This document shows, piece by piece, positions 38,758-52,092 of a stretch of DNA of 64,000 nt. Source of the DNA: Lama guanicoe (lineage: Eukaryota); the NCBI GenBank assembly GCA_013239625.1, contig MU053559.1:744001-808000 (forward strand). Direction: 5' to 3'. The position numbers were made by a program, and so were the translations under genes. The notes beneath the pieces were generated by a model. That model made no database searches. It was not told where the DNA came from and was given only the letters and a program-made list of their open reading frames with translations. Within the stretch, counting starts at the first letter, position 1; each line of letters opens with the position of its first letter.

Positions 38758-40454
38758 TCATGTATGAATATTGCGATGCATACTCAGAACTGATTTCTGA
38801 GTGAAGCCCTTTCCACAGTCACTACATTTATAGGGTTTATCTCCAGTATGAATTGTCTGGTGTTTATTGAAATTTGACCTGTCAGTGAAGGCTTTCCCAC
38901 ACTCTGCACATATATATGGTTTCTCTCCTGTGTGAATTCGTTGATGTACTTTGAGATGTGGTTTCTTGGAGAAGGATTTCTCACAGTCAGAACATTTATA
39001 AGGCTTCTCTGTGGTATGAATTCTCTGATGTGTAATTAACTCTGACTTCTGGATGAAGGCCCTTCCACAATCAGCACAAACATAGGGTTTCTCTCCAGTA
39101 TGAATTGTCTGGTGTTTATTGAAATTTGACCTGTCAGTGAAGGCCTTCCCACATTCAGCACATATATAAGACTTCTCTCCAGTATGAGATTTCTGGTGAG
39201 TATTGAGATTTGACCTATTGGTGAAGGCCTTCCCACAGTCAGTGCATATATAGGGTTTCTCTCCTGTGTGAATTCGCTTATGCATCTGGAGTTGTGATTT
39301 AGAAGGGAAAGACTTCCCACAGTCACTGCATTCATAAGGCTTCTCTCCAGTATGAATTCTTTGATGTGCAATCAAGTGTGCCTTTTGGATGAAGGCCTGC
39401 CCACATTCAGTACATACATAGGACCTCTCTCCTGTATGAATTCTCTGATGCATTCTGAGTGTTGATTTTTGGGTAAAGGCTTTCCCACACTCACTGCACT
39501 TGTGGTGTCTCTCTCCAGTATGAATTTTCTGATGTACATTGAGGGCTGAGTTCAGGGAGAAGCCTTTCCCACATTCACTGCACTCATAAAGTTTTTCTCC
39601 AGTATGGGTTGTCTGATGCCTCAGTAGAGATGACACTTGGAAAAATGATTTTCCACATTCACTGCATTTATAGGGTTTTTCTCTAGCATGCATTTTCTCA
39701 TGCAAAATTAATTCTGAATTCTGGATGAACGCCTTCCCACATTCAGAACATATATAGAGCTTTTCGTCTCTATGAACTCTCAAATATATACTGAGTAGTG
39801 GCTTCTGTGTAAAAACATTTACACATTTGCTAAGCTCATGAGGTTTTTCCATAGAATGAATTCTCTGAGGTGCGAAGAGGTGTGACCTCTGGGTGAAGAT
39901 CTTCCCAAATTCAGTACACATATTTGCTTTCTCCCCAACAGGAAATTTCAGATTGTGACCAAGCGCTTGTTTGAGGCTGAAGACTTTTCCATGCTGATTG
40001 CTGTCACAGAATTTCACTCCTGTATGCGTATTTTCATGGTTAGTATAAGAAGAGCTCTGGGTGAAAACCTGACCATGTCCAATAATCTTATCAAAGTTCT
40101 TTGCTGCACTGTTTTTACTATGAATATGTAAATCTAAATTATGCTTTAAACTCTTTCCAAATGAGTCACGTTTATGAGGTCTTTTCTGTGAAAGAATATG
40201 ATTTGGGCCTGGATGAACAAATTTTCCACTGTCTTTATATTCATAATCCCACTCTGTATTCAATATTTTCTTATTGATGAAAGCAGCAGGATTCTGGTTT
40301 CCCTGATAGCTCTTTATCTGTTCAGTATCTTGCCACAGTTCTTCTAAAATGGAATACAATGAATCATCCCTTGTATCTTCACCCTCCATTTCACTATGAA
40401 ATGAAACTTTTCCAGAAATTCTTTTTTGTGAGGTCTTAATCCCAAACTTCCCAT
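38758..40454 (-). CDS. ZNF81: ZNF81 terminal coding exon (spacer + 12 C2H2 zinc fingers)
   Basis: Open frame DGKFGIKTSQKRISGKVSFHSEMEGEDTRDDSLYSILEELWQD...SVLSMHRNIHT* matches my recollection of human ZNF81. It has 12 intact CxxC-x12-HxxxH fingers at 84-nt spacing (38764-39756) with TGEKPY-type linkers and about 3 degenerate fingers upstream. Polypyrimidine+TAG acceptor at 40455-40457; TGA at 38758-38760. Confidence 0.96.
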
Positions 40455-41094
40455 CTAAAAAGAGAAAGAAAAAGTAAAATTGACACAAAGAACAGATAGC
40501 AGAAGATTAAAAGTTACACATAAGCTAATTCAAATGGAATACAGTGAAGCTAGTTACATTTGATGACGATGATGATGACAATGATGACAGGGAAAAAAAT
40601 ATACATAGCCCTTACTATGTGTCAAGCTCTTGCATGACACTTACAATGTTCCAGGCATTGTTCTAAGAAACATATACATATGAACTCATTTAATCCTTTA
40701 AAAAGTCCTATGTTTTCAATTATTATCCACGCCCATTGTAGATAAGGAAAGTGAAGTTCAGAATGATTGTCTATATATGTATGGATCCTTCCCTCTCTCC
40801 CCCCTCCCTCCCTCTCTCTCTATCTATATCTATATCTGTATCTATACACATACACATATATTGTTATTCAGTATTGGAGACTGGAGTTTAACATAAGAAT
40901 CTAGCTTTATTTTGATAAGTGATATCAAGTAGGGTGGACAAAAAATTAAACAGACAAGGGTTTTAAAGAGAAATATCTGTGGAGAGTCTAGGCTTGAAAG
41001 GGGTAACTCAGAGTCTAAGTCCTCATTAGCTTTCAATTTTAAATCCTCACTGATCTCGCTGCTTCTTGCTTATGAGCAACAATATCAAATTAAT

Positions 41095-41312
41095 GATAAA
41101 AAAATTAAATTTACTAAGAGAGTAGATCCTAAAAGTTCTCATCACAAGGAAATTTTTTTTTCTTTTTCTTTTGGAACTATAAGGTATGGATGTTAATGAA
41201 ACTTATTGTGGCAATCATTTCACAACATATGTTAAGTCAAGCCATTATGCTGTACATCTTAAACTTACACAATGCTGCATGTCAATTATACCTCAGTAAA
41301 ACTGAAAAAAAT
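41095..41312 (+). mobile_element. L1MA-type 3' end
   Basis: aagagagtagatcctaaaagttctcatcacaag...gtcaattatacctcagtaaaactg. Confidence 0.8.
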
Positions 41313-41479
41313 TTATTCATGCCTATGGGAAAAATATTGTGGTCAGAGCCATATTGACCTATACAAACAATAAATGGATGTCTATACTCCAGTTCTCCAA
41401 CCAGGTGTAACTGTTTTCTTGGAACTAAAATTATATATACCTAACAAGAACTACAAAATCAGAGAGATGACAAGCCATC

Positions 41480-41945
41480 TGTAGTAGATTGAAAGCTGTC
41501 CACTAGAACCTGTTTCGCCATTTTTTTGCATTAAAAGAGTAGTAGCCAGGCACATGGCTGCCCAGTCATATATTTCTCAGCCTCCTCTGAAAATTTGTGT
41601 GGCCATGTGACAATGTCCTCAACAGAATGTGAGAGAAAATGATGGGTGCTACTTTCAAACCAGAGCATTGAAACGGTGGGCATGTTTTCTCTATGCCCTC
41701 TCCCATCTCCTTGCTTACTAAAAGTTGGACTTGGTAGCAACATAGATTCAAACATGCAGATGCCACACAGAATCCAAAAGAGGGTGAAGTTGAGTAATGG
41801 AAGAAACCTGGATACACGAATAAGCATCAGCAACTAGGTTTTCCAATGGCCTGTGATATTAGAAACTTTATCTAAGAGAGAAGTAAAATTCTTTATTTAA
41901 ATCACTGTATTTTATTACTGTGAATTAGCTTAAATGCAATACACC
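41480..41945 (+). mobile_element. Old MLT1 LTR
   Basis: tgtagtagattg...cacatggctgcccag...gtggccatgtgac...tttaaatcactgtatttt. Confidence 0.6.
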
Positions 41946-44364
41946 ATTCTTGCCCAGAGTGGGAATCACAGATGTTTTCCATTACCAGTACAGTGCATGA
42001 GACATATTACATTCTCAATAATAATTTTCAAATGGAAAAATTATACATTATCTTATCAGCAAGAGGTTTTAGATACTGAAAATGCTCTGAGGCATCAAAT
42101 CCAGTTTTCCCATTAGTCAGTTTGATACTGCACTCCGACACATGTCCCATACAAAACCTCATCCTCTTATACTTAAGTTGCATTTCATTCTCATACATTT
42201 GGCTTTAATTTATTCTGAAGTTATTAAACCCTGGATTCCTAAGCTTGGTTTTGGAAGTGGCTTTGTGTTTCACTTTATTTAACACTTAAATATATTTATA
42301 ATATATAATTTAAAGATAAAACTTAACTTCTAAACCCCTGCTGTACTGGACAATATTTATATCACCAGCACGAATATTCATGGTAAGAAATCTGCTCTTG
42401 CAATAAAAAGCTTCTTTACATCTTTCCTGAGCCCACAGATTCTGTGAACAGTACATAAATGGAGAGTCATCAGTCTAGAAAGAGTTGTGCATGCAAGCTA
42501 GCATTCTCTTTGCCACTCCAAAAAAAAAGTGCCTCACAGAAGTCCAATTTATTCCCAAATAAAGACACGTTCATATCCTCTTCTTCCATTCAGCCTGCTC
42601 AGCATCGTCTTTTGGGCCACTTAAAATGTATGTGTCCTTCATTAAGTGGTTTAATAGTCTTTTACTTTAAAATTTAACCTGATCATATTGCTAGTGAGAC
42701 GTTTTCTGAACTTCAAAAGCAGACACTCTCTGTGCTATTCATTTTGTTCGTCATTTTAACAGACTGCTATTATAATGGAAATAATGCACAGAGAGTAAAT
42801 TTTTAAATATTTGATGCCATTGTCCTTACTTTCTAATTACAATCTATGTTCCACTGAACTTTTCTCAGCACAATTTTTAAAAATCCTTCTGGAATAGAGC
42901 AAAATACTCAAATGTTTATCCCCTACAAATTTGATTAGTTAATACTGGTAAGTAGTTTCATCGTGCTTAGCATTTGAATAATAAAAATAAGATACAGGCT
43001 CTTATTTTCAGAGACTTTCAAAATTCCTAGAGGCAGAAGCATCTGAGGGATGGGGGAACAGAAATGGAGAATAGCAGTAACTCTGGAGTGGGTAAGGGCC
43101 ATTTAATGGTCTGGATGATAACCTGAAATGAAACAAAATACAAGTGTCTATTGCTTAGATAGGCAGAGCACAAAATAATAAAGAGTCTACATGCAGAGAC
43201 AAGCTTCATATTTGGTAGGCACTAAAGACAAGGTGAAAACTTGAGGAAAGTATGAATTAAGGAAAATATACAGATACAACTTTACCTGGAAATAAATGGC
43301 CATGTTGTACATGGCACTGAGAAGAGCTATTGGTCACATATGGAAGAAATGCAAATTTACTTCATAAAATTAATGGCAAAGATAAATGCAGTGTCTCAGG
43401 TAATGAAGTCTATTAACAGCATTTAAGATGAACTAGAAACAAGAATGGAATCTGCAAATCCCACTATGAACAGGATAATCCAAGCATAAGAAAACATAGA
43501 CCTGCTTTTGGGTGATGCTACTAGGAGTTAAGATGAGAGGATATCTAAACAGTATTCTTTTAGAAAGAAAAAAAGAGGAATTGCAGAGTAATTAGTAGGA
43601 GAAGATAACTAAGAGGGAAGAAACAAGAAACAGCAGAATCTGACAAAATTTGGAATGTTGAGGATTCCTGATTTGGGCAGTGATGATGCCAATTACTCAC
43701 ATACTAAGGATGAATAAAGCAGAATACTCTATGAGAACTGTCTAATATGTAGGTAAGCGTGTACTAAAGCTTAGTTATAATATAGCAAATAGTCAATATG
43801 GAAGTCATCAGAATACAAATAAAAAGCTTAACTGTTCATATTGGAAAACTCTTTTGAGTTAATTACTATGGAACAAATATACAGAAGACAGTAAACAACA
43901 TCCATAGCCAGGAGCATCTCAGTGAGGAGGAAGAGTTTCAATGGAAAAGGAAATAAGTAAATTAGGTACAAATCAAGAAGAGAAAAAATCGAGTATGTGT
44001 ATGTATATGTATGACTGAAACATTAGGTAATACATCAGAAATTGACACATTGTAACTGACTATACTTCAATTTAAAAAAAAAAAGAGAAAAAACCTGCAT
44101 GGTTAGAGAAGATAAAGTAACAGGAATAAGCAATTCACAGAAGAGGAAACCCAAATTGATAACAAATATTAAAAAGCCACATTACATCGATTAGATTGGC
44201 CACAAAATGAGAAATCTGGATAATGCCAAGTGTTGACATAGATGTTGTGAATTTGGCACACTTGTGTACTGCATGTATACTCCAATGATCAAGCAGCACC
44301 ATTCCCATATAAATATCCCCAAGGAATCATCTCACAGGCTCATAAGTGTATAAGAAATTATTCA

Positions 44365-47300
44365 TTTTTATTGAGGTATAGTTTCTACCCAGTAAAGTAC
44401 AGATTCTAACTGTAGAATTCAATTAATTTTTTCATATTATAGAGCCATGTAACCACTACCTAAATGAAAATACAAAATATCTTAATTATCTCAGAAGGTT
44501 TCCTTTTGGTCCTTCCCAGTCAATTACTGTCTTCCAGAGGTAACCATCATTCTCAGCATAGATCACAAATAATTTATCACTATAGATTAGTTTTGCTTGT
44601 CCTTGAACTTTATATAAATTGAACCATATAGCATGGACTCATCTATATGCCTGGCCTTTTTGCTCAACAATGTTTTTGAGGTTCATCCAAGTTCTTGTGT
44701 GTATCAGTAGCTCTTTGTTTTTCACTGCTGTGTAGTATCACATTATAAGAATATAGCACAACATTCGTCCACTCTCCTGTTGATGGACATGTGGGGTGTT
44801 TCATGTTTTTGACAATTATGCTAATGTTGATATGAACATTCCTGTACATTTTTTAGTGGACATTTGAGCTCATTTCTCTTAAATAAATGCCTAGAAGTGA
44901 CATTTCTGGGATACAGGATAGCCATATATTTAGCATCAGTTGGTACTGTTTCCCAAAGTGACTGAAAGAATTTACATTACTACCATCAATGTATGGGAAT
45001 TCCACTTACTCCAAATAGTCATTAACACTTGATATTGTCAAGCATTTTAATTTTACCCATTCTTCTGTATGTCTGCCTGTGTGTAGGGTTGTCTTATTAT
45101 GGTTTTAATTTATATTTCCCCAATGAGTAATGATGTTCAGCACCTTTTCATATATATAATGATCATTTGGATACCTCTTTTTATTTTATTTTTTTTGGAT
45201 ACCTCTTTTTAAAAAGTATCTGTTCATGTCTTTTATTCATTTTTTTTCTACTCAGTTGTCTGCCTTTTACTTTTTGATTCATAAGAGTTCTTTATATATT
45301 CTGCATGACTGGGACATTATGCTGTACATGAGAAATTGACACATTGTAACTGACTATACTTCAATAAAAAAGAGCTCTTTATACATCCTGAATGCAAGTC
45401 ATTTGTCCAATCTGTGTATTGCAAATATCTTCTCCAGTTTGTGGCTTGTCTGTTCACTTTCTTAATGATAAGTTTTGAAGAAGAACTTTTCATTCTAACA
45501 TAGCTCAATTTACTATCAAATAAGATGTACATTGTTTTTGTTTGTTTGTTTGTTTTTGTTCTTCAAAAGAACTTGTGTAATATTGGTATTATTCATTTAC
45601 ATGACAGTAAGAATTCACCAATGAAGAAAGGTTTCAAATCATAGGTTAATCTTTCAGTGATAAAAAGACTACTAAATTTTTAATCTTTTTTGCGACATTT
45701 CTTGCAATTTGTCTTTTTCTAGGACTGTCACCATTTCATTTCAGTTACCAAATTTGTTGCCATAAAGTTTCTTATAATATCTTCTTAATATCCTTTTAAC
45801 ATCTGTAAGATTTGTAATGATGTTTCCTTTTGCATTCATGGCATTAATAATCTGTGTTTTCTCTTTTTCTTCATTAGTCTTATCAGAGATTTATGAATTG
45901 TATTAATCTTTTTGTAGAACCAATTTTTGGCCTTCTCAGTTTTCATTACTATATTTTGAGTTGCAAACTTAGATCACTAATTGTTAACCTTTCTAATTTT
46001 CTGGTAAATTACATATAAAGTATACATTTTTTATTGAAGTATAGCTGACATACAATATTGTATTAGTTTTAGGTACACAACATAGTGAGATTTGACATTT
46101 TTATACATTACAAAATGATAAGCCTAGTAACCATCTTTCACCATACAAAGTTATTACAATATTATTGACTATATTCCCCATGCTGTATATTTCATCCCCA
46201 TGACTCATTTATTTTCTAGCTGGAAGTTTGTACCTCATAATCCTCTTCACCTATTTTGTCCACCCCTCACCCCTCTCAACTCCAGCAGCCACCAGTTTGT
46301 TCTCTGTACCCATGAGTCTGTTTCTGTGGTTTTCATGAGTCTGTTTCTGTGGTTTTGTTTGTTCATTTGTTTTGGTTTTTAGATTCCGCATGTAAGTGAA
46401 ATCATACAGTATTTGTCTTTCTCTTTATTTTTTGTGTATCTGTGATGGGTTTTTGGTTTGTGGTTACCATGAGGTTCACATATAACCTATGTACATAGCA
46501 ATCTATTTTTAATTGATGGTTGCTTCAGTTTGAGCACATTCTAAAAGCACTACATTTCTCCCCGCAACATTTTACATCTTTTGATGTATTGCTTAACTAA
46601 TTATTTTAGATACAGATGATTTTACTACTTTTGTCTTTTGACCTTCATAATAGCTTTATAGGTGGTTTTACTATATGTTTGCCTTTATCTGTGAGATTTT
46701 TTTCTTTCACGATTTTCTTATTTCTAATTATGGCCCTTTCTCTTCTGTTTAAAGTCCTTTTAACATTTCTTGTAAGGCCAGTTTAGTGGCGATAAACTCC
46801 TTTAGCTTTTGCTTGCCTAAGAAACTGTTTCTCCTTCAATTCTGAATGATAACCTAACTGGGTAGAATATTCTTGTTGTAAGATTTTTTTTCCTTTCAGC
46901 ACTATGAATATATTGTGCCACTCCCTTCTGGCCTGTAGTTTCTGCTGAAAAATCAGCAACAATCTTATGGGAGTTCCCTTGTATGTAACTAGTTGTTCTT
47001 CTCTTGCTGCTTTTAAGAGTCTCTTTTAACTTTTGACATCTGAATTATAATTTGTCTTGGTATGGGTCTCTTTGAGTTCATCTTGTTTGGGACTCTGTGC
47101 TTCCTGGACTCTGCTTCCTAGATAGATGTCTGCTTCCTTCCCCAGGTTAGGAAATTTTTGAGCCATTATTTCTTCAAATAAGTTTTCTGTCCCTTTCTCT
47201 CTCTCTTATCCTTCTGGGACTCCTATAATGTGACTGGTGTTCTCCCAGGGGTCTCTAAAACTATCCTCATTGTTTTGAATTATTTTTTCTTTTTGCTGTT

Positions 47301-48245
47301 GTGATTGGGTGATTTCCACTACCTTGTCTTCCAGATCACTGATTCATTCCTCTGCATCCTCTAATCTGTTGTTGATTCCCTCTAGTGCAGTTATTGTAGT
47401 CTTCAGTTCTGATTCTTTTTTATATTTTCTCTTTGTTGAAGTTCTCAGTGAATTCATCTTTTCTTCCCCAGAGATTGGTCAGCATCATGACTATCTGAAT
47501 TCTTTATCTGGTAAAATTGCTTATCTCCATTTCATTTAGTTCTATTTCTGAGGCTTTGTCTTGTTCTTTTTATTTGGAAAGTATTCCTTTGTCTCCCCAT
47601 TTTATGTAACTCTCTGTTTCTATGTATTAATTAGATAGGTCAGCTACATCTCCCAGTCTTAAAAGGTGTCCTATGAGGCCCAGTGGTGCAAAACCCTCTT
47701 GTCACTGAAGCCAGGTACTCTAGGGGTATCCCCTACATGGGCTACATGGGCCCACCTGCTGTGGTTGGGCCACGATTGCTATGAGCACACTGGAGGATGG
47801 GCTGGTCCCCTGGAGCATGAGCCACTTTGGAGGGGCACTAGGGCCAGCCGAGGCTGCCCAGTAGGTGGGGTAGGTTGGGTCCTCAGGGGAACATTGGGCG
47901 TGTGGTGTTAGCTAGGCTGATGGAGAGTGGAAGAGTGACAGAAACAGTACCTGCCAGCACTAGGCCAGCTAGGTGGAAGCAGAGTAAAAAAAAAATGGTG
48001 CCCACCAGCACTTCTGTTCCTGGAGAAAGTTCCTCCAGATCCTTGCCCCTCTGGCACATGCCCTAAAATTAGTCAATGAATCTTCTTCTCATATAAACCA
48101 GGCCCTTTTCAAGCTGCTGCCTCTGCAGTGGGACTCAGAGCAAATAAGTCTGCGTGTGATCCTTTCAAGAGTGGAGTCTCAGTTTCTGATAGCTCTCCAG
48201 CTCTCTCAGCTATAAGCCCCACTGGGGCTTACAAAGCTAGATGTT
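44365..48245 (-). mobile_element. Cluster of old L1 fragments on - (3' ends, ORF1, 5'UTR) in the ZNF81 intron
   Basis: Antisense L1 motifs, e.g. gtttctgctgaaaaatcagc...ttctcttgctgcttttaag (ORF1). Confidence 0.8.
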
Positions 48246-48940
48246 GTGTTGAAATTTTATCAATTTCAGAGAAAGAGGGCATATTACTGAAGATATAACA
48301 GACATTAAAATGATAATACAGGAATATTATAAAACAACTGTATGCCAAAAATTTACACCTTAGATAAAATGCACAAAGTCCTTGAAAGAACAACATATCA
48401 AAACAAGAAAAAGGAAGTATGAATATCCTCACATTTATTAAAGAAATTGAATTTGAAATTAAAGATAGTCCCACAAAGAAAATTTCAGGTCCAGATGAGT
48501 TCACTGAAAAATGTTGTCTTATATTTAAGGAAAAATTATAAAATTTAAAACAGTCTTACAGATAACTGCAAAACAGAGGCGTGAATATTGAAAAATTCAA
48601 GCAAATACAGCAATTTTCCACAAATTCTTTCAGAAGACAGAGCAGGCATAAAATTTCCCAACTCATTTTATGAGGCTATCTTAATGTGACAGTAAAATCA
48701 AAGATGTTATAAGTGAAGAAAATCCCCCCAAACTAAAGATTTATATCCTCATAGAGATAAAAATCCTTACCAAATACTAGCAAGGTGAATCAAGAAATGT
48801 ATATTTAAAAAAAAGATAATACATCATGATCAAGTAAGGTTTATCCTGGGAATGCAAAGTTAGTTTAACATCTGAAAAACAGTGAAATTCACCATATTAG
48901 CAGAATAAAATGTTCATGTCAATAAATGCAAAAAATTGGA

Positions 48941-50348
48941 TTTCTCTTGCTGCTTTTAGAATCATTTCTTTACCCTTAACCCTGGCCATCCTCTTTAGCA
49001 AATGGTGTTGGGAAAACTGGACAGCAGCATGTTAAACAATGAAGTTAGAATACTCCCTCACACCATACACAAAAATAAACTCAAAATGGATTGAAGACTT
49101 AAACATGACAGGACATCATAAATCTCCTAGAAGAAAACATAGGCAAAACATTATCTCACATACATCTCAGCAATGTTCTCCTAGGGCAGTCTAACCAGGC
49201 AATACAAACAAAAGCAAAAATAAACAAATGGGACCTAATTAAATTTACACGCTTTTGCACAGCAAAGGAAACCAGAAGAAAAACAAAACAACAACCTACA
49301 GAATGGGAGAAAATATTTGCAAAAGATGAGACTGACAAGGGCTTAATCTCCAGAATATATAAACAGCTCATATAACTTAATAGCAAAAAAACCAAACAAT
49401 CCAATCCAAAAATAAGCAGAAGAACTAAACAAGCAATTTTCCAAAGAAAACATACAAATGACCAATAGGCACATGAAAAAAAGTTCAATATCACTAATTA
49501 TCAGATAAATGAAATCAAAACTACAATGTGGTATCACCTCACACCAGTCAGAATGGCCATCATTCAAAAGTCCACAAATGATAAATGCTGGAGAGGGTGT
49601 GGAGAAAAGGGAACCCTCCCTCCTACACTGTTGGTGGGAATGTAGTTTGGTGCAGCCATTGTGGAAAACAGTATGGAGATTCCTCCAAAGACTAAAACTA
49701 GACTTACCATATGACCCAGCAATCCCACTTCTGGGCATATATCCGGAAGGAACCCTGATTCAAAAAGACACCTGTACCCCAATGTTCACAGCAGCACTAT
49801 TTACAATAGCCAAGACATGGAAACAGCCTAAATGTCCATCGACAGATGACTGGATAAAGAAGATGTGGTATATTTATACAAAGGAATACTATTCATCCAT
49901 AAAAATGACAACATAATGCCATTTGCAGCAACATGGATGTCCCTGGAGAATGTCATTCTAAGTGAAGTAAGCCAGAAAGAGAGAAAAATACCATATGAGA
50001 TCACTCATATGTGGAATCTAAAAAAGAGAAGACAATGAACTTAAATGTAAAACAGAAACAGACTCACAGACATAGAATACAAACCTGTGGTTGCCGGGGG
50101 GAGAGGGGTGGGAAGGGATAGACTAGGAGTTCGAGATTTGTAGGTACTGACAGGTATATATAGAATAGATAAACAAGTTTAAACTATATAGCACAGGGAA
50201 ATATATTCAAGATCTTGTAGTAGCTCATGGTGAAAAAGAATATGAAAATGAATATATGTATATTTATGTATGACTGAAGCATTGTGCTGTACACTAGAAA
50301 TTGACACGACACTGTAAATTGAGTATAAGTCAATTTAAAAATAAATAA
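48941..50348 (+). mobile_element. Young 5'-truncated L1 with a short 5' inversion, inserted in an older L1
   Basis: Well-preserved ORF2 C-terminus ([19 protein letters not shown]...[17 protein letters not shown]), 3'UTR and A-rich tail; flanking aattgga repeat. Confidence 0.9.
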
Positions 50349-52026
50349 ATAATTGGAAAATCCAATATCCATTCATGTTAAAGACTCATCAAATAAAAAG
50401 AAATTGCCACAATTTGAAAAAGAGCATCTAAGGAAAACCACAACTAATACACTTAATGCTGAAAGACTGAAAGCCTTTGCCCTCAGACTGGGAACAAGAT
50501 AAAATAAAAATGAAGGGCATGCACACTAAAAAAGAAATGACAAAAATACGTGATAATTGATACAGAAAATTTTAAGGAATTTACAAAAAGTTCACTGGAA
50601 TTGATAGGTGAATTTAGCATGGTCTCAGAATACAGGGTAAATGTACAAGGACCAACTGTAATATGGAGAAGTAAGCTCCTAAAAGAAAATCCTTCTACAG
50701 ACAGTAACTATAGTCTCTAGAAAAACAAAACAAAATGAAACCAAACCAAACCAAAACATGTATTGAAACAGTGAATAACAGCAAGCAGATTTTGAAGAGA
50801 AGTCAGAAGTTAGAAGTCTGAACAGAAATCTGAGTTGCTATCTATCTTCGGTGAGACAGCATCTCCAGTTTGAGTCTAACCTAGTTAACTGCCTACTATG
50901 ACAAAAACAAAGAACAATATAGCAGAATACTGTAACATAACACTGAAAATGTTCAGGATACAATCCAAAATTACTCAGTACATGATGACCCAGAAAAATG
51001 CTCTTTTGGTCATTTGCCAGCATCTTCAGTAGTTCTTAAAATATATTTTCCAGAATTAACAGTTTTGATCTGTTAGATGGGTTAGTCCAATAGAAACAAC
51101 TCAGTCATACTAGAACTCGTGTTAATTTCTGTATATGCGTGTGAGATATGGGTCAAGGTTTTTTTTTCCCTCCACTTGATACTGATATCCATTTGTTCAA
51201 GCGCAATTTGTTCAAAAGACTTTCCTTTCTCCCAGTGAACTGTATTTATACCTTTCTCAAAACTCAGTTGTCCACATATGTGTGGGTCTATTTCGGGCCT
51301 TTCTTTTGTTCTATTTATACATCTGTTTCTCCTTACATCAATACTACACAGTCTGGATTACTATAGCTTTATAGTAAGTCTTAACATTAGGTAATATAAA
51401 TCTTTCACACTTTTTCTTCTTTCTCAAGATTGTGTTGGCTATTCTAGGTCCTTTGCATATTCATATAAACTTCAAAATCTTGTTGTCAGTTTTTACCCCC
51501 TGTAATTACAAATAACTGATTGAACGAATACAATACAGTTCAGTAAAACAACAGATCTCAAAAACACACAACCAACTTGATTATATATAAATATGCACAT
51601 ATATATATAATCCATTATATATATACATATATATATAATCCGTACACAATATCCATCAACAGCTGAATATACATTCTTTTCTCAGATCATAATAGAATTA
51701 TATTAGACAACATAAAGGAAATAGACAAATTCCTTTAAAAATACAATTTACTACACCTCACAAAAGATAAAACAGGAAATCTGACAGCCCTATGTCTATT
51801 AAAGAAATTGAATTTGTTATTAAAACTTATCCATTAAGAAAAGTTAAGGCCCAATGGTTTCACTGGTACATTCCATGAAACACTAAAAGACAAAAACAAA
51901 AACAATGAAGCAAACAAACAAAATTTACACAAACTATTTCAGATAACAGAGAAGGGAACACTTCACAACTCATTTTTTGTGGCCAGCAAAATCCTAATAC
52001 CAAAACCTGACAAAGATATTGCCAAA

Positions 52027-52027
<1 letters not shown>

Positions 52028-52090
<63 letters not shown>

Positions 52091-52092
52091 AA
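52028..52092. repeat. (GAAA)~16 microsatellite
   Basis: Direct reading. Confidence 0.97.

Noticed and set aside
38784..39371. Alternative-frame ORFs inside the zinc-finger exon
   Set aside because: Typical shifted-frame artefacts of C2H2 arrays (ILERNP repeats); no independent support.
40455..40488. N-terminal MCQFYFFFLFL of the 576-aa ORF
   Set aside because: It is the intronic polypyrimidine tract and acceptor; the true exon starts at 40454.
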